From the NCBI GenBank assembly GCA_036785375.1, contig JAWMAR010000028.1, positions 2,294,001 through 2,358,000 of the forward strand: a stretch of DNA of 64,000 nt, given 5' to 3'. The notes below the pieces were generated by a model. That model searched no databases and was not told the origin of the DNA. It worked only from the letters and a program-made list of their open reading frames with translations. Position 1 is the first letter of the stretch; every line of letters begins with the position of its first letter. Source of the stretch: Leucoraja ocellata (Eukaryota). Made by a program: the position numbers and the translations under genes. Below are positions 15,301 to 30,300 of the stretch, piece by piece.

Positions 15301-18300
15301 TTGGAAACTTTTATTGCTGTTTATCAACATGAGGACCAAAGTTGTGATAATGAAAGTCAAAGAAGCCATTATGAGATTGAGAAACAAGAATAAAATTGTT
15401 AGAGATATCAGCCAAAACCGTAGGCTTACCAAAATCAACTGTTTGGAACATCATTAAGAAAGAGAGCACTGGTGTGCTTGCTAAATATAATAAAGAAAAA
15501 TCCCCAAACACCTATCCAACAGATCAGAAACACTCTTCAGGAGTCGGGTGTGGATTTGTCAATGACCACTGTCTGCAGAAGACTTCATGAACAGAAATAC
15601 AGAGGCTACATTGCAAGATGCAAACCACTGGTTAGCTGCTAAAATAGGATGGCCAGGTTACAGTTTGCCAAGATGTACTTAAAAGAGCAACCACAGTTCT
15701 GGAAAAAGGTCTTGTGGATAGATGAGACAAAGATTAACGTATTAGAGTGATGACAAGAGCAAAGTATGGAGGAGAGAAGGAACTGCCCAAGATCCAAAGC
15801 ATACCACCTCATCTGTGAAACACGGTGGTGGGGGTGTTATGGCCTGGGCATGTATGGCTGCTGAAGGTACTGGCTCACATCGTCATTGATGATACAACTG
15901 CTGATGGTAGTAGTGTAATGAATTCTGAAGTGTATAGACACATCCTATCTGCTCAAGTTCAAACAAATGCCTCAAAATTCATTGGCCGGTGGTTCATTCT
16001 ACAGCAAGACAATGATCCCAAACATACTGCCAAAGCACCAAAGGAGTTTTACAAAGCTAAAAAATGGTCAATTCTTGAGTGGCCATGTCAATCACCTGAT
16101 CTGAACCCAATTGAGCATGCTTTTTATATGCTGAAGAGAAAACTGAAGGGGCTAGCCCCCCCCCCCCCCCCCCCCCAAACAAGCATAAGTTAGATGGCTG
16201 TAATACAGGCCTGGCAGAGCATCACCAGAGAAGACACCCAGCAACTGGTGATGTCCATGAATCGCAGACTTCAAGCAGTCATTGCATGCAAAGTATATGC
16301 AACAAAATACTAAACATGACTACTTTCATTTACACAACATTGCTGTGTCACAAACATTATGGTGCCCTGAAATGGGGGGGGGGGGTCTATGTATAAACAC
16401 TGCTGTAATTTCTAAATGGTGAAACCAAAATATATAAAAAATGGCCTATATTAAAATCTGACAATGTGCACTTTAACCACATGTGATTTTTTTTTTCTAT
16501 TACAAATCTCAAATTGTGGAGTACAGAGGCAAATAAATAAATTATGAGTCTTTGTCCCAAACATTATGGAGTGCACTGTATCTCATATGCCATCTGGGAA
16601 TTGAGATCATTTGGATTTCAGCTCCTGAAGTCCATAACATCTTTTGTTCATTGACATTTATTCTCCTTTGCATTAAATTATTTTCAACTGGTGAAATTTG
16701 CCCATATTGGTAATATTTAATCCAGTTAATGTGTAAATTTAAGGACCCATCTCCTTGACATCATGCACAGTTGACAGCATGGTGCCATGGGCCGAATGAC
16801 CTGTTAATATGGTGCATGATTCTTTCCAAAAAGTATTGTTGAATTCTCCTCCGTCTGTAACCAGGGAATCGACATTGATCAGAAATGCCGTTGTGTGATA
16901 ATAGCAACACATCAGAACTTTGTATTCTGTAGAATGTAGCCTATTTCTTATCCACAAAATATTACGTAAATAATTTATTAATCGCTTGGCCAACATTTGT
17001 TGCTCTCAACAAACAACAAATAACCAGACTACCAGCCTGGAAGAGTGATGAACCTTCAAGAATAATCATGTAAAAAGTGCAGTAACATTCAGGACAAAAC
17101 AAGTTTGTTAACCAGCACCCTGACCATAATCTTGAATATCTCATTCCCTCAACAACCCAATGCCTGCTCTGCATATTATTTGGACTATTTTGCAGCTCCC
17201 TGCCGTAGGGCTCTCCCACAAATTTGTGACCTTTGTCACAAGTCGGTTGAGAGAGGTTTTGGGTGCCTCTCTGACTTGGAACCACATCATCCTTCCTTCC
17301 TTTGTCATTGACCCTTAAACCTGGAGCTCCTTATCAAAAAGCACATTGAGACTATATATACTACACAAACTGTGGTGCTTCAAGAAGACAGTTAGCCATC
17401 AATACTCATAATCCAATTACGAGCCACACTGTACTTTTAATGAAGTACAGTTGCCTCAGGAAAATTAACTTCTAGAAGTGAAAACTGTTGCGCCCAGTGT
17501 GTATTCACAGCTCTCTGCTGAAAAATAGGAATCATGTATAAAGATCTAAAAGGTGTTTCCCAGACACAGACAAGAAGAGTAACCTCATTGTTAAAATAGT
17601 ATCGAGCAAACATTGCACAATAAAATGTAGCAAACTACAAGGATTTTTTTCCCTGACTAGTCTGAAGAATGGTCAAGACCTGAAACGTTACCCATTCCTT
17701 CTCTCCAGAGATGCTGCCTGTCCTGCTGATTTACTCCAGCTTTTTGTGTTTATACAAGGATTGCTTTGCCAGCACTTACAAACCTGTAATCTCTGCACCA
17801 TTACCCTTTTTGAAAAAAATGATTGGCAGTAAGGATACCTCTATGATGGTATATATTGCTGAACAAAATGAGCCATATAATTGTACTTAAGTGAAACTGT
17901 TATTAAAATTGATTGCAAAGAAATCAAGGTGGCATCTGGGCAAAATATTTCAAAAACTTCTGCATTGACAAATTTTCACAATGTAAAGAACTTGGCTATA
18001 AGAATTTACAACAGCCTAAGCAGATAACACATGTAACCCAACAAAAAATCTAAGGAAACATGATTTTGTATATTGTTTGCACTTGCATGTAATATTTGTA
18101 ATTATGGAGTAATTTGTTCTTATTCATGCAGTAATTTCCCAATGAAAAATAATTTATATTCTTCCTTTTTTGCAGGTGGTTATTGAAGAATATCCACCTT
18201 CTCAACTGATGGAAGATAATGAAGAGATATCACATCCTTTGAACTTGATCCCCCAACCATCAGAACATCAACAAAACACCCAGTCATCACAAAATTCTCA

Positions 18301-21300
18301 GACACAAACTGAATACATTATTATTGAGAGTGATGAAGATCAAGACAATGAAGAGGACCAAGAGCAGGTAAAAATCCTGAACCTGAATGAGATTTAATGT
18401 ATATAGTGTTTGGCAGATATCTTAGCCCAGTTCACATTTTAAGCAGTTTAATTACCAACAGTAGACATTTTGAATTAAGAAAATGTCCACTGTCATACGT
18501 GACTTCCTTGCACGTCAATCTACCTTTTGCCTTAAACATATAGGACATTGCTTCCATTGAGGCAGAGAGTTCCAAACACATTTGATCATCTGAATGGTAA
18601 ACACAATCGCTTTTGTTTTAAATGGACAACATTGTATTTATAAATATTGGCTCAATTCTAGATTCTCGCAGAAAACAAAAAAATTCCCTCCTTACCTAGG
18701 CTGCTTGGGATCTTGTATTTCAATCAAGTTATCTCAAGTTCTTCTAGGTTACAGTGATGCAAACCTAGTTTATCCAGTCTTTCCTCAAATGACAGGGATA
18801 GATACAATACAATACAGAGTGGCACAGCAGTAGAGTTGCTAGAGTAGCAGTGCTAGAGACCCGAGTTCGATCCTGACTATGGGTGCTGTATGTACGGAGT
18901 TTGTACGTTCTCCCCGTGACCACGTGGGTGTTCTCCGGGTGCTCCGGCCTTCTCTCACATTCGAAAGGCATGCAGGTTTGTAGGTTAATTGGCTGCTGCA
19001 AATTGTTCCTCTTGCCTAGGATTGAGCTAGTGTACGGGCGATCGTAGTCAACATGGCCTCGGTTGGACATAGGGGCCTTGTCTCCAGGCTGTGTCCCTAA
19101 ACATCAAAGTAAACAGTCCTCCAGATGTGGTCAGCCACACAACACTCCAGGCATCATCACGGGTGAACGAGTGGCTTACAATAACAATCAATTATTGTAT
19201 TTGCATTTTAGCCTTTTTTTAGTTATTGGTAACTCTGGAAAATGATTCTGCATCTCACTATTTAGCCAATATGCTTTATTTTATAAATGAGCAATTTTGC
19301 ATTTCTCCACATTATGATGCATTTGTCAAACTGCTGTCGTGCCTTATTTTCCTTTGTATCCTCCTTGCTTTGTCTTTGCAACTTAATTTCCTTCCTAAGC
19401 AAATTTCCTTTGATCCTTTTAAACTCTTAACAGTAGGCCCAAGCATTGATCCCTGTTGCATCACTCATTATCGTAAAACCCTTACTCTGCCACCCTCAGG
19501 ACTTTGCCGTCACACGGACAGATTTTCTGGCCGATTGGATACCACTCATTACCACAACACATTTTTGTTTTGCATGATTCACAACAGTATAATGTTCTAA
19601 TGAATCCTGGGAGTTAAAAGGGAGCACAGAAAAAGAATGAGGTAAAACGAGCTAAAGCATGCAGGAATAGAGGACACTAACTCTGGCCGCCAAACTTCTG
19701 CACTCTGGACCCCAGCTTCGTCTGCATGTGTCCGTTCCACAATGGCAGAGTTAGAAACCTAGCCAGCATCCTATCTTTGAACTAGTTTTTATGGAGAAAA
19801 TTTGAATGTTTCTCTTGCAAAATAGTTGTCTCAAGTTCAATATATAGGTAGACAACTAATTATTGAAAGACAGTTGCCTGGAAATTTTAAATTTATCTTT
19901 CAATTGCATGACCTGAAGAATTTGACCTCAAATGTTTTCAACCATTTTAGGAGGAATATGAAGAGGACGAGGAGGAAGAGGAAGAGGATGATGATACTGG
20001 TATTGAGGATGGTGATGGTGAAGATAGTAATGAGGGTAGTGCTGAAGGAGAGAATAACTATGATGATGGCAATGTTGAGGTATGCAGGATCTTTGAGATC
20101 ATTCCAGTGAAGCTGACTGAAATGTCATGATGAGAAATTTTAATGGATGATTCAGTTCCAGATACTTAATTTCTCCTCTCTTATTTGCCCTGTCATTATG
20201 GATACTAATTATTTTAAACATTCATTTTGGGTCGCCCCTCGGGAGACTCGGAAAATTTATGCAACTTCCAGCTGTTAAAACCTTGCTGAAACCTGGACTG
20301 TTTTCTTCACCAAATACATTTTTTACTGTACTTTGGTGATTATAACTGAGTGCTGCACTCTATATATGATGTGCACAAGGCTCCATGCAATTGAAATGTC
20401 ACTTCTGAATTACAACTTCTATGAAAATGCATCAATGTTCCTTTAGCCTTTTTTTTTAATCCAGTTTATCTTTGCATTAATCTGACGGACATTTTATTGG
20501 AAATTCTACGCTTTTCTCAATCTTACCATAGAAATACAAATTGTCTAGTACCTGGGCTGAATGACCCCCACAAATCTTAACGTTGAATTCTTATTTGCCA
20601 AACATTTGCACACTGTCTTTGATCTTTAACGGCTTTACCCAATGCCATCTAAACATGTACTGCACTAAGTAATCTTTAAAAGAGGGCCATGGTGCTGCTG
20701 CTTCATTAGGAGCTTAAACCTGTTATTGATCAAGTACTAACCATTATCTTTGTTAGGTCGACACTGAGAACTGTTTGGAATTGGGGTGAAATTGAAATGT
20801 ATTTACCCCTCAGGCTGATGAGGGGCTTGGTGTGGGCTTGGTGTGTGGAGTCATTCATTTGGAGCTATTGCATGATGGCCTGTTCATAACATCTTTTTAA
20901 TTAAGGCTTTGGCTTGCAAGATTTTTTAATTTAAAAATATGTTTCTACTGGCCCAGTCATAAAAGTTGTAGTAGGAGTATACTGGTAGAAGGAGTGAGGT
21001 GATGATAGTTAGCAACTTATGTTTCAAATCTTGAATTTGAATAACCTTTGGGAAGGCCACAAAAGGTGTTCTCGTAAAATGATCAAGAATTGTTTTTAAA
21101 AAAAGTCATGCAATCATAAGATATGAGGTTTCCTTGAGTGCAATTGACAGTACAATTTGCTGCTTAGAAGAAGTGTTCAATTTCAGCTAGTTGTCTCATG
21201 TTTTTGATGTACTTTCCAATTTGGTGTGATCTGGGAATATACCTTTTACTTTTGATTTTTTTTTTTGTTTGGCCTTTTTAACTAACTAATGTTTAATATT

Positions 21301-24300
21301 CTGCTGCTGCTGTTGGTTTAATTTTCACAGCCTGCTTATGGGGTGATATTTACAAAGCTCTTAATCAACTGTTTTTTCTACACAGGTTGCAGATGGGACA
21401 GATCCCAGTGCAGATGAGCAAACTACAAGAGAAAGTACCCACATTTCAGAGGATAATTGTAAGTCTTAGGAAATTATTTGATTTAAAAAGTAACCTGATT
21501 GTTAAAATTAAAGTACTAATAAAATGTATTGGAATTTAAATATTTTGCTGAGCAATTTTAGTGAAATAAAATATAAAACTCTTGCCTATATTACATTAAA
21601 TGTTATCAGTCTATTGGTTTTCTTAAAATATCCAATAGTAGAGATCCATAGGAAGCTTTAACTTTTGCTACTAAAGGCCAGAGTTTCATGGTGATGATGA
21701 GAAGTGCATTGTTCTTTATCTACGAAGCCCACAAATAAAATTAAGTTAGTTCACCCGCGTTATAGACGATGTCCAGGTCCTTGTGGACTAATGTGAAATG
21801 GTGTGGGTAAGGACTTGGAGTTCTGTCGATAGAAATGCTAAAATAATTATTTGACAACTGACTGCCTCAGCTTTAACTACAGTTAATTAACTAGTTACAA
21901 TGTTCAAATGGCTCATTCAGAAATGTTCAATATTTTTAAACTATTAATCAAACAAAATCGGAAAATTAAAAATGCTTAAATTAGCACAATACAAGTTCAT
22001 TTGATTCCTTAAAAAAGAATTGTGAAGTATCTGAAACTTTCTCATTTGCAATTCCTCATTGCATTGAAATGACTGGAGACGTTGAACCTGCAACTAGTTT
22101 AACCTTTAGTGCAGGTTCAGCAGATAGATTCCAAGTGAAAACAAATAGTCAGCTAAACTCCACCAATCACTATGAGGAATTTCCTGTTCTTTACGTCAGG
22201 AAATGTTAAATCTTTAAGGTGAAACATGGGCCTTTTTATTGGACGGCATAGCAGTCCTTTGTCATTGTATAGAATAGAACTGTGACCTTCATAACCTTTA
22301 AAGCCGAGCACAACAATGATGGCCAATAATGTAAAACAGATTTAACATGTTGTGCAATGTAATGTCGTTGTTTATATTATAAACTTTTAGAGAATATTGA
22401 ATATGGTCACGTGTCGTGGGAATTAATTTATTTAACATGCAGTTTATTTTTGTGGTGCTAATGGGCTAAGGCTTCTTAGTAACAAGCATGATGTCTCTAT
22501 TTTGTCAACAGCTGGAGGTGAAGGTAGTGTCACCACTACAGAATCCTACACTCCAGAAGCTCCAAGAGAGCAGCAGCAGCAGCAGGTTGCTGAAAGACAA
22601 GCTCCACGGCTTTTGAGATCACCAAGAAGACCACCGCATCCTCTTCCTCCAAGACTAACAATTCAGCCTCCAGCCCAAGAACTGGGACCACCTGCCCAGG
22701 TGCTTAAAACTAAGTTGGCAAAAATATATTTTTCTTAGACATTTTGATGTTCACCCCAAACTCTGTAGCTAATAGTTTTGGGTATTTTCTTTCAATTGTT
22801 CATCAACATATCAATTACTGCCTCTTGTTTAAAGTTGGATTGGCTTTATTGAATGTTACTCAATTGATAAAATCGCAAATGGTTTTGTATCAGAGATTAG
22901 CATTACAGTTATGAACAGCAATTTGTTTAAGTTTCTGTCATGTGATATACTCACATGTGCAGGTAGTTCTGCTATAACAAGTGCTTCTATAACACTAATT
23001 GGATATTACGCAAGATATAGGAGATTAGGGAACACAGTTTGCATTATGCCAGCCAAAATGGTTATAATGCAGTTTAGATCAGGAGCTTGAGAACAACATA
23101 AGTTACTTTGGAAATTGACTATACTGGGGGAAGAAACTGTCTTGAGGGGGAAAAAAGTATAGGGCCTCCTCAGTAGTGAGACTCCTGTTGCTAATGTAAC
23201 TGCAGTTGGCCATTGACATGGGACAAGCACTTGCTTCTTCTGATACATGGGGAATCGGTCGGCATGGGCAGATTGGGCTGAACCGCCTATTTTCATTCTA
23301 TACGATTCTATGTATGAGTATTAAAAAGCACAAACCATATTTTGCAAAACCCAATGCACAAGAATTGTCAAAGAGAAATGTTCTAAAATCAAATTTAAAA
23401 TATGCCCCGTTTCATAAATTTTGAATGATGTTCAAGTTTCTGTTTTACTAATTGAACATCACATGAGGAACACTGTTTTCCATAATATTTGTTGTAATCA
23501 TTTTTCATCCTATTACACAGAGATTCCCCCCAGCTCGACGGCCATCATCAAGTCGGGGAGGTATCCAGCTTACTCCAGGCATTGGAGGTGTGGTAAGTAA
23601 CCCAAATTCTTAGTGCATCATTTAGGAATACGGTATTGCCATGTTTAAATTGTTTCCTCCAAACTGGTTATCATTTTCTTTTATAGCTATGAGCTGACCA
23701 TTTTTAGAATTACCAATCAACCAGTTTCTGGATTTACAAGCACATGAATTGATTTAATTCTTTAATTTCTGTTCTTTTTTCTTCAAAGCATATAACTGTG
23801 ATTTGTGGCAATATTTATGTCTGCATAAATCCAATTAACAAGGCATTGGCATTGGAGACCATTGGTGATTCATCCACGGCAGTATTTCTGTTGCTGCATG
23901 TCTTAAGTCTTGTATTAAAATATGCCAATGCATGCGTGAACTATTAATTTTGTGTTTTGAAATGCACTGGTCTTGCTAAAAATACTTTTCCTGCTCAGAT
24001 GATGCAGTCAGATGGTATTATTTGCCTTCTCTTTTCTTATATACATGGTTTTCTTAAATACATTTTTTTTTTTGACTGGTGTTTAACACTTTTTTCAGCA
24101 TCAGCATTTCTTTGATGAAGATGACAGAATGGTACCTAGTACACCAACACTTGTTGTGCCCCACCGATCAGATGGGTTTGCAGAAGCCATTCAGTAAGTG
24201 GATTTCCCTGTTAGTGTCTTCGAAGTTCAAAATAAGGCGTCTTTTCTTCAAAATACTTTCGGTAGCTAGGTGGTATACAATAATATAACAAGAAAAAATG

Positions 24301-27300
24301 TCAGCACTGGTTAATTGAGTTTGGCTTTTTATTCTGACTGGTTATCATCAATTTAATGTATTCTGAAGTTGGGGGGTGTCAAAAACAATAAATTTGAACT
24401 TTTTTGAATATTTGTGAACTTCAAATAAATATAAGAAAAATTATGACTTTTTCCATGACAGTCATATGTTTATTTGAAGGTATGATGGTTGCCTATTTAA
24501 AATTAGCTTTGAACATCTTGCTGTGTGTTTTGAACTTGGATAATATGTATACTTTTGTGCACCTTTGAATTTAAAAGCTCATGTTAAAAACTTTCCTTAG
24601 TTCTCCCCAGGTTACAGGAGTCCCTCGCTTTAGGTTTGGACCACCTGAAGATATGAATCAAACTAGTTCAAGTCAGTCTGATCTTGGACAATTGGCATCA
24701 CAAGGAGGTAACATTTATACAAAACAAATCTAAATCTCTTCAACCTACAAACAACATATTAGTCTTAACAGAAGACCGTAAAAAAGATTGTGGCATTCCA
24801 TTGGTCAAAGTGAAGTAGTTCCTGGACTTACTGCAAGCGTACTGTGAAAGTGGAGGTCCAAGACCTATAGGCAGATATAGAAGGTGGTAGGGGAGTGGGG
24901 ACAGCAGTGCAAAGCCCTGCCTTGCTAGGATTTCCCAGCGTTACTTGGGAGAATTGCCACTCTGAACCAGCGCAGCATCTTTTTTTTATATAAATCTTTG
25001 ATATATTTTGATATTTTTATTATTATTTATTTTTATTAACTTGGATTCAGCGTTAAATTTTAAGTAGCTATACATGTCAGTTAAACAAAGTCGTGTGTTT
25101 TGACTGAACTCGTAGCTTTTTCTTCTGTCAGGGACATTGGTAAATATCATGATTGGGGCACAAGTACCATACCGTTATGGCCCAATTTCAAATGAAAACG
25201 TATGGCTGCAATCGGGTGTGGAAGGCTAGTTAAAGCAATGTAAATGAGAGTGTGGTTGTACCACAAGTGGCAATTCAGAGTGGGTTTGACAGGTCAATGT
25301 TATTCAGTCCATTCAGAACTTCAGTAACAGTGCTCCAGATGCTTTTACAGATTAATACTTCGAACACAAATTTATTTGCGTAATATTTGTAGTACCTAGT
25401 TTTTTCATAAAGATCGGGAAGTACTATGAAGATTTAGGATTTTTTTTCTATTGATCAATGACTTTCATTTTGATACTTTCACCTTTTTTGCTGATTAGAA
25501 CTGAACTTTTATCATGTCACAAACTTGACCCTGAGAATTGGTTCCCAAATGTATGAGCGGTCAGTAACAACCTGTCCAGTACAGGAGTAGTGCTGTTGAT
25601 TAATGATCAGCTTCAGATATCTCCAGTTCAATAAAGTATCTAAGATATCTCCATTTCAATAAAGCATTTACTTGGATTCAAATACTTTTTCAAAAGAAAG
25701 TGTTCTGAAATGTTGCTATATACGAAGCTGACACGATGTTTTGCTATGTCCCACCGTGAACATGCTAATCTTTTTGCTGATCTAAGCAAATCCTGTTTGC
25801 CTTCATTAGAACCGTATCCTCCTTTGCCGCTCCTATTTTAGGTCCTGTCCAAATGTCTCTTAAATCTAGTGATTGTGTCTAATCCCACCATCTCCACTGG
25901 CAGTGAATTCCAGAGATATCAACCAATCTGTCTGTAGCAACAGCATAGCCCTAGAATTCCCGTTAAAAACCCTTTCGCTTTCAACATGTGCTATCTATTT
26001 TATGATCACCCCTCACATGCGAAAATGATTCGAACTAACTTATTCCTCTAATAATTTTATATACCTCTATCAGGTCACACCTCATCCTCCTTCACTGAAA
26101 ACAAGCCCAGCCTATCCTATGCCCCATATCTAAAGTCCTCCAATCAAGGCAACGTCCTGGCAAACCTCAGCACACTCTCCAGCACAACCAACTGTGCACA
26201 TTCCTCCAAGAGCAGTCTAGCCAGCGTTTTTTAAAGTTGCAACATAATGTCCCATCTTTTGTATTCCGTACCCTGACCTGAATAGGAAAACATGCCAAAC
26301 TTCTTCATCTTATCTATCTGCGTTGCCACTTTCAGGGAATTATGAACTTGAACGCCACGGTTCAATGTATATAATATTGTAATTATATTATTACAATATG
26401 GTATGTTATTTGCTTATTCTCAAGATTTCCTTAAGAACTAATCTGTGCTAATAAGTATCTTCACCGTGGCTCTATAGGGCTAGGAATGTACGAGACTCCC
26501 ATTTACCTTGCTGCTGTGCATGAAGATGAGTCTGGAGGCCGCAGTGTACCTACAACACCATTACAAGTTCATGCACCAGGTATGGGTTTGTTGAACATCT
26601 TCTAGTGTTTTTCTATTGAAGCTTAAAATAATGAATTTCTTTTAAATGCTTCTGAAAGTGGTGCACAAATTTGGGCTTTTGGTTTTTGCAGAAGAATTTC
26701 GAAGACACATAAATTCTCAGCTTTAAATTGCCAAATTTACCCATCTAACTTTCCCTCTTTATCCTCCACAAGGAAGATCTGCATAATAATAATGATTACA
26801 TTTGTCTTGTTCAGGTTGCTGTACATGGTAATCTAATTATAGCTGGTCCATTAATATTGTTGGATCTTGTCTTGAGACAAGTCCTGTTTCTGAGCTATGT
26901 GGCTTACTTGGTGGCAGCAGCAACTGGAAACGCTTTGGGACAGATTTGCTCCCAGCTGATGTTTGACACAAGTTATTAATGACCCTTGCACTTTCCCTCA
27001 GGCAATTATTTTTACGGTAATCCTTATGTAATTGAAATGAAGAATTTTTAATACCCAGCATATTTTAAACCATGAAATTGTCAGGATATTGTAAGTAACT
27101 GCCAATACAAAATGGCATGGGAAAAATGGATACTGAATCCCATGCATTTTAAACTTCTGGTTTAGTCTACCACGAGGGACTTTATCGAATGCCTTACTGA
27201 AATCCATGTACACACCATCCACTGCCCTGCCCTCGTTGATCAGCTTTGTCACCCCCTGAAAATTCTTGAGTTTGTCAGACATGACCTGCTACAGACATGT

Positions 27301-30300
27301 ATAGATAGTCACTGTCCCTAATATGTCCATTATTTTTCAAATGTAAGTATATTCTATCCTGAAGAATCCTTTGCAATAGTTCTCTTATCACTATTGTGAG
27401 GCTCACCAGGCTATAATTCTGTGATTTACCTCTACTTCCCTTAAAACAACATTGGCTGTTGTCCAGTCCTCTACGACCTTGTGTGGCTAGAGATAGAAAT
27501 AGATAGAGGATACAAAGGTCTTTGTCAAGTCCATGCAATCTCCCATCTCGCCTCTCTCAAGAACCTGGGGTCCTTGGGATTTTTCTACCTTTATGACCCT
27601 GTCCCACTGTACGAGTTAATTTAAGAGTTCACCCGAGTTTGCTCTGATTCGAACTCGGAGATTTACGGTAATGGCCGCTCGGGGCTCTCGTGGACATTTT
27701 TCAACATGTTGAAAAATCTTCACGAGTCTTCCCGAGCTTACCGCATTTCCCATGTACCTGCCATTAGCGTTACGAGCCGCTAAGAGACGTCCCGAGCACC
27801 GACGTACCCGCTACGTACATTCTACGTGCTTACCATGAGTTTTTTTTTATTTTTTTAAACTCGGGTGATCTCTTGAATGGGCTCATACAGTGGGACAGTC
27901 CCATAATGCTCTTCAAGAGCTCCAACACCACCTTCTTTGTGATCTTAAACTGACCTAGCATATTGGTATTCTCCACACTGATTTCATGTCCTCATTGTTC
28001 TCTTTGGTTTATTCAGATGCAAAGTACTTGTTCAGTAACTCACTCACATCCCTGACTCAAAGCACAAATTGCCTCCTTTATCCTTCAGCGGTCCTACCTT
28101 GCTCCTGGTTAGTCTTGTTTGTAATGTGCATATAAAAAGTTTAGGATTTTCTTTAATCTGATTTAACAGTGACATGTCTTGGCCCATTTTTAGCTTTTAA
28201 TTGCTCCCGTGAATTCCTTCCCACTTTTTTATATTTCTCAAAGGCCCTGTTGGATTTCATATTTTTGAACCTTGACCTTTTTTTTTCCTTTTTGACCAAA
28301 GTTACAATATCTTTGATCATCCAAGGTCTCCTTACCTTTCTATCGTGAGTTAGATCAAAAGTCCTGTTCCCGTGATGTCTGACTGGCAATCTACCCATTC
28401 TAGGTCTGTTCAGATAAATCTTTGACCTGCTTTCAATGCATTTATATTTTTCTCAAATATGACAACTAATGGTGTACCTTTGTTGCCACATTTATTTTGA
28501 AGTTCTAGCCCCAGTTAGTCACATAGTTCCTTTTTTTAATTTCAGTGACTGTTTTCAATGAGGGACCACAAGCAGATGTAACTGAGACTGCCTCTCAATC
28601 TGTCCCTATGATTGCAACATCCACAAGTAATTTAACCAGCACTGTTGAATCTGGAGGTGGTGATGATGGTGATGAAGTGTTTATAGAAGGAGCAGACCAA
28701 GAAGGGTAAGATTGAAATTGCTGCTCAATGTTGGCGCTTAATTCTTTTAAAGGGCCAATTAAATCATTAACTTTCACAAATGCTTGCATTTTGTTATTTT
28801 TTCGAAAATTAAATCTTGCTTCAAAGTGGCTTTCAGCAATTTAATTGAGAAAGTTTGAAATGGACTCTACATCAAACACGAATTGACCATCTGCGCTTGG
28901 AGCTGGGAAATATCAAAGGGATCCCACATAAATATACTTCATTTCGTAGTTTCACTTTGTAGTTGGAGGATTCAACAAAAGAGAAGGCAAAAATGTCTAG
29001 TGTGAGTTTCTACAGAGGTGGTACTTGATATCTTAGTGGTCTCAAAGGTAGATAAATCCCAAGAACCAGAGGAGATTTATCTCAAGCAGGTGTGGGAGGA
29101 AATAGAAGAGATTGCCAGGGCCCTGTCTGCAAGTTTTACTCACGAGATACCAGATGCCTGGAGGATAACAAATGTAGTTCCTTTTCCATGTGAAGAAAAA
29201 GGGAAAACCTACAGACTCAGATCTAACATCAATAGTAAGGAAGTTAATTGGAAAATAACGGATGGGATTATTGATAAATTGTAAAAACTTGAAATATCCG
29301 TGTTAGCCAGCAGGACTTTGCCAAGGGCCGATCTTGTCTGGCCAATCTGATTGAATATTGCTAAGTGCAGGGCAGTAGATGTGGTTTGCATGAGCTTCAG
29401 TAAGGACTTTGAGTCCCACATGAAAGACTGGTCCAGAAGGTTAACACCCATGGACTCCAGGGCAGGTTGGTAAATTGGTTCCAAAACTGTCTTGGCACTA
29501 GGAGTCCCATTTCCTTCTGCAAATCTGCATCAGATTGTTTGTTGCTCCAGATTCCAGCATCAGCTGTCGTTTCCCCCATGTCAAAGCTAAATAAAACTAG
29601 ATGACGACAATTTAGGGTGGGGGGTATGAAATTTCGAGGAGATTTGAGCGGTCCTCCTTCCACCCAGTGAGTACGTCAGAAGCAGAGACACTGACAGCAT
29701 TTCATGTGTGGATTACCCCTTGAATTGCCTAAACTTAAAGGGTATGGGGCCAGTACAGGGAGATAGGATTAGTCCCGATAGGTGTCCGCTCTTCTAGGCA
29801 AGTATGTGCTGGACCAAATGAACTGTTCCCATGCTGTATAACTGCATAATTACAGTGTACTGTGGGCATTGTCGAATGTTAACTGTGAATATATGGAAAA
29901 CCATCAAAAGTCCATGAAGTCGCCTTGATCAGACATGTTCCAGCTTTGTGTGCCAACGACCACACGATATCCATTGGACTAATATTCCATGGAGAGCAAA
30001 ATGCTGTTGACTATTAAAAAAGCGGAAATGTCGTCATTGCCTTGAGCAATATATCTCAGAGAGACTATAAAAAATAATTCCAGTCCATCATTGTATAGGA
30101 ATTTGTTATTTTATTAGGTCAGTAACATGTTTATGCTATCCTGTATAAAGTCCTTTATAAGATCAGACTATAATACTTTCCATAACTGAGCCTTTATCCT
30201 GTATGTTGTACTCAGAATGTAATGAGGATTTTAAACCTATCCTCTTATTCACCAATCTTCAGATTAACCATCAAACTGGACCAGAATCTTGTCTCTATTA

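Noticed and set aside
21331-21385. Upstream acceptor or 12-nt micro-exon (PAYG) before TPR exon 15
   Set aside because: The downstream intron would be only 43 nt, and extension to the exon shifts frame.
21690-21830. C-box-like GTGATGA in a TPR intron (possible snoRNA)
   Set aside because: No suitably placed CTGA D box or terminal stem.
25615-25670. 28-bp tandem duplication containing two AATAAA
   Set aside because: Ordinary local duplication in an AT-rich intron, with no evidence of an intronic polyA site.
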